In this document: in pieces, positions 55,729 to 62,034 of the stretch | Layout: the number at the start of each line of letters is the position of its first letter | Position numbering within the stretch: the first letter of the stretch is position 1 | Origin: a virus | Taxonomy: Duplodnaviria > Caudoviricetes | Virus record (IMG/VR): IMGVR_UViG_3300042988_000114 | Location: 1 to 62,034 of that record | Direction: 5' to 3' (one strand) | Length of the DNA: 62,034 nt | Made by a program: the position numbers and the translations under genes | Notes under the pieces: model-generated | The model's database searches: none | Seen by the model: the letters and a program-made list of their open reading frames with translations, nothing else | Told to the model about the DNA's origin: nothing

Positions 55729-57095
55729 TGGCTCAACAATTTTTTTACGACGGGCAAATCCGTCGATTTCTAACTCAGTTCATTCGCATGATGAGTAACT
55801 TCCAAGTGGAGTTTGGCAAGGACCGTAACGGCAACGTGACCCTACAACGTGTTCCTGTGTACTACGGGGATGCTAGTAGACAAGCTGCAACTATCCTTCG
55901 TGGCAATAGTGAAAGCTCGTTAAACGCTGTACCTGCTATGGCTGTTTATATCAATGGTTTAACATATGATCAAAGTCGTATGCAGGAGCCATTCCACGTT
56001 AGTAAACTAAACCTGCGCCAAAAGAGCTACGATCCAAACACTGGCGAGTATGGCACAACCCAAGATACCGCATACACTGTTGAACGTCTAATGCCTGTGC
56101 CATATAAGCTAACGCTTAAGATGGACATTTGGACCAGCAACACTGAGCAGAAGCTACAACTACTTGAGCAAATACTAGTATTGTTTAATCCTAGTATGGA
56201 AATACAAAGCACTGACAACTATATTGACTGGACAAGTCTAACAGTTGTTACTCGCACTGACATTAACTGGTCTAGTCGCAGCGTACCTGCAGGTGGCGAA
56301 GAGCCCATTGATATTTGTACAATGACTTTTGAGATTCCAATTTGGATTAGCGGTCCTGCTAAAGTTAAACAGCTTGGTGTTATCCAAAAGGTTGTTACAA
56401 GTATTTTTGATGCTAACGGAAACATCAACGAAGATTCATTGTTAGAAAGCAACTTGTTAGCACGTAAGATGTTAACCCCAATGGGCTACGGTGTGGTCTA
56501 TGTCGGCAACACTCTAAAATTAATCAAAGCATCTGAGATCGTTAACGGCGATGAGAAGATTGGTACACCGGATGATTGGCACAATCTAATTGATGTATAC
56601 GGACAGTTACGTGATGGCACAAGCCAGATTAGACTCGAGCTAGCAGCCGAGTATGATGAAACTACCGGTACCACAAGTCGTAACGAAATTATTGGCACAG
56701 TTGCATTCCATCCTTCAGATCCTACTGTAATGTTGTTTACTGTAGACACTGATACCTTACCAGCAAACACCCTTGCACCTATCAACGCTATTATCAACCC
56801 TCAATCAGTTGCTGTAGACAGTGGCATTACTACTCCAGCAAGCGGATCACGTTATCTTATCTTAGACAGCATTGGGGCCGATGTAGCGGTATGGGGAGGG
56901 GTATCTGCTAACGCAAACGATATTATTGAATATAACGGATCCTCGTGGTCCGTTGTACTTGACAGTACTAGCCATTCTCAGTTAGAATACGTAACTAACT
57001 TAACTACCACCGTTCAGTACAAATGGTCAAACGGTGCGTGGACTAAGAGTGTTGAAGGTGTATATCGAGAAGGCGAATGGTCAATCATACTGTAG
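55728..57095 (+). CDS. Tail sheath terminator (gp15-like)
   Basis: FFYDGQIRR, VPVYYG, MPVPY, QLLEQILVLFNP. Confidence 0.8.
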   Translation: MAQQFFYDGQIRRFLTQFIRMMSNFQVEFGKDRNGNVTLQRVPVYYGDASRQAATILRGNSESSLNAVPAMAVYINGLTYDQSRMQEPFHVSKLNLRQKSYDPNTGEYGTTQDTAYTVERLMPVPYKLTLKMDIWTSNTEQKLQLLEQILVLFNPSMEIQSTDNYIDWTSLTVVTRTDINWSSRSVPAGGEEPIDICTMTFEIPIWISGPAKVKQLGVIQKVVTSIFDANGNINEDSLLESNLLARKMLTPMGYGVVYVGNTLKLIKASEIVNGDEKIGTPDDWHNLIDVYGQLRDGTSQIRLELAAEYDETTGTTSRNEIIGTVAFHPSDPTVMLFTVDTDTLPANTLAPINAIINPQSVAVDSGITTPASGSRYLILDSIGADVAVWGGVSANANDIIEYNGSSWSVVLDSTSHSQLEYVTNLTTTVQYKWSNGAWTKSVEGVYREGEWSIIL

Positions 57096-57499
57096 GCGTA
57101 GGCGTACTATTTTATAGTCAACAAACCAAAAGATACTTGTTCTTGCTGCGTAATGGCAATAAGCACAATGGCCATTGGGGGTTAGTTGGCGGTAAAGTAG
57201 AAGCAAACGAAACAGCTATGCGAGCATTGACTAGAGAGATCACTGAAGAGATCGGGGCTGTTACTTACAGCAAAGTTATCCCGTTAGAACACTTCACTAG
57301 TGATAACTCACACTTTGAATACCACACATACATTATACCTGTACCCAATGAGTTTGTGCCAACTCTCAATCACGAGCACCGTGGCTATGCGTGGACTCAC
57401 ATAGAAGATCACCCGAAGCCATTGCATCCGGGTGTTTGGAGAACTTTTAACTTTGCCAGCGTACTGGACAAGATTAAAACGTTAGAAGGTATTTTATAA
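57077..57499 (+). CDS. NUDIX hydrolase
   Basis: GGKVEANETAMRALTREITEEIG Nudix box. Confidence 0.92.
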   Translation: MVNHTVGVGVLFYSQQTKRYLFLLRNGNKHNGHWGLVGGKVEANETAMRALTREITEEIGAVTYSKVIPLEHFTSDNSHFEYHTYIIPVPNEFVPTLNHEHRGYAWTHIEDHPKPLHPGVWRTFNFASVLDKIKTLEGIL

Positions 57500-58228
57500 A
57501 TCGGCCTCTAGTACAAATTGATTGTAGTTAATTTGTCTAAAGTTTGAAGCATACTTCCATGCTTCTGGAATTCTATATGATGCTTCAGGCATTACTCTTA
57601 CAAAGTCAACATCTGAGTATGCAGTAAACACTTCAAGCATAGAACGTACCCAATACTCTTCAGAATAAATCTGTGTAGGATATCCGGGTGTTCCTTCATA
57701 TATGTTGTAGCTAGAAGCAGGATCGTCGATTCCATCAAACCCCAACAAGAATACTTTTTTATGCTCGTCAAATGCTGCCAAGTATGTGGCTGCTGCACCA
57801 GCGTTAAACGGAGGGTCCTGTGGAATATTATGAACTTGATTTCCAATGACGCGGCGCTTTAAATGCCTAGATGCAAATACGTTAGTTCTGCTTGCAATAC
57901 TAAGACTTGCAATCTCGTCTATCATGTCGTTGCCTGTCACAACTAAAAAGTCTGGCAGAAAATCTCTATATATCGCATTACATCCGTAGGTACGTAATAT
58001 CTTAGATGGAATAGCATTGAGAGGTCGGTGCCTCAACAAATTAGTATTAAAATTTTTTCTGCTTATCCCATTGCCAAATACCACTGCACACCGCCCATAA
58101 CTAGGGTCGCCAGTTTCAGTAAACTTAATTTGAGTTGTTTCACCAGTCCATTGGCTATTACGATACACTAATTCAGTGACCGCTTCTTCGCTAGCGTAAG
58201 TAGACCGGTGAAATTTGTTAATAGCCAT
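57494..58228 (-). CDS. Hypothetical protein, sialyltransferase/MAF-like motifs
   Basis: VFGNGISR, GCNAIYRD, LLGFD. Confidence 0.6.
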   Translation of the reverse strand: MAINKFHRSTYASEEAVTELVYRNSQWTGETTQIKFTETGDPSYGRCAVVFGNGISRKNFNTNLLRHRPLNAIPSKILRTYGCNAIYRDFLPDFLVVTGNDMIDEIASLSIASRTNVFASRHLKRRVIGNQVHNIPQDPPFNAGAAATYLAAFDEHKKVFLLGFDGIDDPASSYNIYEGTPGYPTQIYSEEYWVRSMLEVFTAYSDVDFVRVMPEASYRIPEAWKYASNFRQINYNQFVLEADL

Positions 58229-58233
58229 ATCTA

Positions 58234-59871
58234 TTATTTATTGTGGATATTGTCCCGCAGAAACTCGTAGTGAGTAGGTAATGTGTCAATATGGGCTAGC
58301 ACCTCTTCTTTGTGTTGTAGCCAGTTATCGTATACTTGCTTACGCATCTCTGGAGTTTCGCCAATTCGAGCATCTTCGTACCGCAGGAAGTTTGGGTCTA
58401 CTGGGTTGTACCCCATGCCTGCTGCGATATAAATAATTCCGCCCATGTTGTTATCAAACCTGCGAATTCTATGCATACGCATGCCTAAGTCTGTAGTTGA
58501 CCTAAGATCGTGGTCCAATGTTGATAGTCCCGACAAACTAGATAAATTAGACATAGTTCTAGAATAACTAACATCCCCAGACACTTCTTTCCAGTACGGT
58601 GTGTCATTGCGGCAGCTCAGGGCATAATGTTGACTGATAAAGTCTTTAAATCCTAGAATCTGCTCCTGGAATCCGTAGTTAAACAAATCCACATCATAAT
58701 TGCTAACAATACCGTTACGCATTGCTAGAGTGCTGCATAGTTTAACAATGCCTTCATGTGTTAGCATCAATCCAGTAGATTCTAGTGGCTCAATGAAACC
58801 ATTAGCAAGGCCGATTCCCACTACGTTCTTAACCCAGGCACGTTCATGAACCCCGTGTTTAATTTTGATGTGTCGAACTTCGCACTTTTCTGCACGCTCT
58901 GCATCTGGAAAAATCATACGATTGCTTTTTAAGTGTTTGCGTAACTGTGCCTCTGCTTCTGCTTCCGTTGCATGTTTGCTACTATAGACATAGCCAGTAC
59001 CAATACGATTCCATAACGGAATGTTCCACACCCAGCCTGCTTCAATTGCAGTGCATGATGTGTAATTCTCCATTTCTTTTTCTTTGTCAATGTACGGAAT
59101 AACTGTTGCAACCGCTCTGTCGTTTAACAAAGTGTCGTTGAAACTAATAAAAGGAACCTTAAGTGTCTGATCCAATAAGATGCTGCGGAATCCCGAACAA
59201 TCAATAAACAAATCAGCGTGGATGTGATTGCCTTCTTTAGTGACTATTTTTTCAATACTCTCGTCTTCTCGTTGAATTATTTTGTCAACTGTTGCGACAA
59301 TATGCTGCATCCCAGTTGGCAAACAAACATGAGTACGCAGATACTCACCAAACAATGCTGCATCCATGTGATACGCAGTATCATGTTTAAAATTAAATCC
59401 CCTAACTTTAAAATCCTCGTTACGAGTCATTTTATTTCGGTCAGTCATTAAAATACTGTCGTGGTAAAATTCTGCAAAGTTTTCATTGGGAATTGTTGGA
59501 TTGTCAGCTTTTGCTAAAAACCAATCCATTGGGCCACGCGGCTTTTCTGTGAAATCCATGACCCCAAATGGATAATGAAATTTATGCGGTTGTTCAGTTG
59601 GGTTTTCTCTAAAGTCAATGAACTTAATACTGGTCTTGTATGTTGCATTGCAATGATGCATCCAATCTTCGTCTTTAAGGCCGATCATTGTTAAGAATTG
59701 GTTAATATGACCAATAGTGCTTTCGCCAACCCCAATTGTAGGCACCGTTGGACTTTCTACTAGAGTTAGTTTAATATTCGGCAGCAATCTAGATATTCCT
59801 GCTGCTGTCATCCATCCACTCGACCCTCCACCTACAATACAAATACTTTTTATATCGTGTCTCATAATCAA
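58234..59871 (-). CDS. Flavin-dependent tryptophan halogenase-like protein
   Basis: GGGSSG, GVGEST, WVWNIP, FIEPLESTG. Confidence 0.9.
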   Translation of the reverse strand: MIMRHDIKSICIVGGGSSGWMTAAGISRLLPNIKLTLVESPTVPTIGVGESTIGHINQFLTMIGLKDEDWMHHCNATYKTSIKFIDFRENPTEQPHKFHYPFGVMDFTEKPRGPMDWFLAKADNPTIPNENFAEFYHDSILMTDRNKMTRNEDFKVRGFNFKHDTAYHMDAALFGEYLRTHVCLPTGMQHIVATVDKIIQREDESIEKIVTKEGNHIHADLFIDCSGFRSILLDQTLKVPFISFNDTLLNDRAVATVIPYIDKEKEMENYTSCTAIEAGWVWNIPLWNRIGTGYVYSSKHATEAEAEAQLRKHLKSNRMIFPDAERAEKCEVRHIKIKHGVHERAWVKNVVGIGLANGFIEPLESTGLMLTHEGIVKLCSTLAMRNGIVSNYDVDLFNYGFQEQILGFKDFISQHYALSCRNDTPYWKEVSGDVSYSRTMSNLSSLSGLSTLDHDLRSTTDLGMRMHRIRRFDNNMGGIIYIAAGMGYNPVDPNFLRYEDARIGETPEMRKQVYDNWLQHKEEVLAHIDTLPTHYEFLRDNIHNK

Positions 59872-61097
59872 TTAACCTTTCTTAATTGTAATGCCGAATC
59901 AATGTCTTGAAATCCAAATGTGCGTTCACATTCGTGACAATCCCAACACTGATTGCGGCAAGTTCGTAAAATCTTTTCTAACCTCTTACCAGGATCTGTT
60001 GCCCATATGCCGGTGTATGGTTTATATGTTTTGCGCCAGTCCTCTTTTGTATAGCGGGTATCAATCCAACCAGGTATCCAGTTATGCACTGGGCCTAAAT
60101 TATTATCAATGACTTCATCAAAATTATCCGCATAAACTGTTTGCCCAACAAACGATACCGATTGTTTAAACTTATTAATGTTATCGTAATACCATACTGC
60201 CTTCATATGTTTTGCATCTTCTGCTTTAAACATAGGGGTAGTTAAGCGCCCCGAATATTTAAAAATGTCTACTAAATCCGCAAACTCCTTAAAGGTGTCC
60301 GCTTGTCCTGCTACTAGGTTAATTCCCGAACGTGGTAACTCTGCAAACTCGCTGTGACCTCTCCAGCCATTACAACTTAGGTCTGCAGGGCCACGGAAGT
60401 ATTCAGTACCAATTACTTCGCCAACGCTGTCATGCTCTTTCTTAAACGGGCAGTGATAGATGCAAGCCTCGGCAACTAACAAACTGGTCATCAACTTCTT
60501 CTGAGGGTTAAGACTGTTTAAATAATCCTGTGCTCGCTTGATACGCTTTAGTTCTCGGATGTTGCGATTCAGGCTACGATCCAATAGAATGGTGTTGTAG
60601 CCCAAGTATGCGTAATCAATAAACTGCTGTGCATCAGAGACAATTTGATTCACTGTGCTTTTCCAACGCATGTCAGGGCAACGTTGTTGAAGGATACCCA
60701 TGCGTAGGATATGTTCGCTGCTCATAGTGCAACTACGCAATCCTCTATCGTAGTACCCACCAATCCATTCTACAAATTGGCCCCTGATTGTGTCGTCCCA
60801 CACTAGCTCATGCGGCACTTCAACAGTGTTAAATGTAAGACTAATTTCTACACCAAGCTCTTCTTGTATTTTAAACAAGTAATCAATTTGCTCGTCGCTG
60901 GCTTCAACACCCATTGGGTTGCCAGCACGTTTCTTTTGACCTTGCCATTCATAATAAAAGTACTTGCCAAAATAAATGTCGTGCAGACTTTCCAGATAAG
61001 CTGGATCTGCATTTTTCATTATTTCGTAATATGTACTAGAAAACTCGCCGTGAAATTGATCGTAGTGTGCGATCGAAAACCGCTTTTTGAAATTCAT
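59868..61097 (-). CDS. U32 peptidase family-like Fe-S protein
   Basis: STVNQ, LDRSLNR, EACIYHCP, FKYSGR, CxxxCxxCxxC tail. Confidence 0.6.
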   Translation of the reverse strand: MNFKKRFSIAHYDQFHGEFSSTYYEIMKNADPAYLESLHDIYFGKYFYYEWQGQKKRAGNPMGVEASDEQIDYLFKIQEELGVEISLTFNTVEVPHELVWDDTIRGQFVEWIGGYYDRGLRSCTMSSEHILRMGILQQRCPDMRWKSTVNQIVSDAQQFIDYAYLGYNTILLDRSLNRNIRELKRIKRAQDYLNSLNPQKKLMTSLLVAEACIYHCPFKKEHDSVGEVIGTEYFRGPADLSCNGWRGHSEFAELPRSGINLVAGQADTFKEFADLVDIFKYSGRLTTPMFKAEDAKHMKAVWYYDNINKFKQSVSFVGQTVYADNFDEVIDNNLGPVHNWIPGWIDTRYTKEDWRKTYKPYTGIWATDPGKRLEKILRTCRNQCWDCHECERTFGFQDIDSALQLRKVN

Positions 61098-61107
61098 GTT
61101 TTACCCT

Positions 61108-61527
61108 TTATTGCGGGGCAACATTCCCTTGCATAGATTGCCAGTATTGCATATTCCATTCGTGAACTGCATACGGATCATCTTTTGGTATTGCAGCTTT
61201 AACGCTAGCAATATGAGTTGCCCATGGCCCAGTATTACTTATCGTTCCTGTGGACTGTATCTCTTTAAAAAGCATATCCAATTGGTCACCCATTGACCCA
61301 TACCCAATTCCCCGTGCAACTTTGTATGCATTTTCTGCAAAGCCCGGTTGTTTTGTGATATCAAATTTAGTAATAGTGCCGTCGTCATTGACTGTGTCGG
61401 CTGTAGTTGTTCCATCTGGAAGATCTATCCATTGGAACGACTCATGTACTTCAAACTCACTACCTGATTCTACAATTTCGCAGATTCGACCAGGTTCAGT
61501 GGTATTAATTAATCCTCTTAACGCCAT
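61108..61527 (-). CDS. Probable tail fibre-associated/chaperone protein
   Basis: R...Y..MGDQLDML...VKAAIPK; follows the Gly-rich gene. Confidence 0.55.
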   Translation of the reverse strand: MALRGLINTTEPGRICEIVESGSEFEVHESFQWIDLPDGTTTADTVNDDGTITKFDITKQPGFAENAYKVARGIGYGSMGDQLDMLFKEIQSTGTISNTGPWATHIASVKAAIPKDDPYAVHEWNMQYWQSMQGNVAPQ

Positions 61528-61539
61528 ATTTGTTTCTCC

Positions 61540-62034
61540 TTATTTGTATGAATAAATGGTAACCATTCCCTTGGTTCCGTATTCCCCTGCTGAATGGCCA
61601 CGGGGGTGTTGGTATCCCCAGTCTGTAACGTTAGCGGCGCCGCCGGACCCAGGTGCACCGTTTCCGATTCCGTGCTGCACTGCCCATCCGAGATTGCCGT
61701 GATTTCTAATGTGGTTTGCGGGCCCGCCGTAATATCCGCTGCCGCCTACTACACTTGCAGTAGAGTGGCCTACGCTGTTGATATGACCGCATCCTGCGCC
61801 GCCTTGTACTGAAAATTGAGCTCCGCCAAAGCTGTTTCCACCGTGGCCACCGCTGTGACTATAGTTTTGGTTAGCTCCATACCCTCCACTGGCACTTAGA
61901 TAGCCACCAAAACTGCTAGTCCCACCGTTGCCTGCTGCTGCGTAGTAAGAGGCATACCCACCACCGCCGCCCACTGTAACTGCCACAGACCCCACACCAG
62001 TCACATTATAAAATCCCTCAGCATACCCGCCTGC
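61540..62034 (-). CDS. Gly-rich tail fibre/adhesin C-terminus (partial)
   Basis: Gly-rich repeats, GGTSSFG; open to the window edge. Confidence 0.7.
   Translation of the reverse strand, partial: AGGYAEGFYNVTGVGSVAVTVGGGGGYASYYAAAGNGGTSSFGGYLSASGGYGANQNYSHSGGHGGNSFGGAQFSVQGGAGCGHINSVGHSTASVVGGSGYYGGPANHIRNHGNLGWAVQHGIGNGAPGSGGAANVTDWGYQHPRGHSAGEYGTKGMVTIYSYK

Overview
A 62-kb segment of a large T4-like myovirus. Most genes are on the minus strand, in the standard genetic code. The right half (27-62 kb) holds core genes: UvsY, UvsX, gp32 SSB, large terminase, gp4, tail tube, tail sheath, dNMP kinase and neck/terminator proteins. These are interleaved with accessory enzymes (radical SAM, PP-loop, HNH, Pth2, NUDIX, halogenase, U32 family, DctP/TctC binding proteins). 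The first 5 kb encodes sugar and modification enzymes. The 5-25 kb region is a dense minus-strand RNA island. It has 34 CCA-ending tRNAs covering all 20 amino acids, a probable GOLLD RNA with an embedded tRNA-Lys, rrn-like promoters with boxB/boxA, and many unexplained structured RNAs. Best candidates for something new: (1) a leaderless 49-codon leader using all 20 amino acids, followed by a terminator with a possible antiterminator, directly upstream of the main tRNA block (putative tRNA-depletion attenuator); (2) at least 9 conserved-stem/variable-loop cassettes whose 5' ACCA supplies CCA ends to neighbouring RNAs; (3) aberrant tRNA-like RNAs, including a 254-nt giant and an 85-nt alanine-identity tmRNA-like domain. 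All assignments are by eye; no searches were run.
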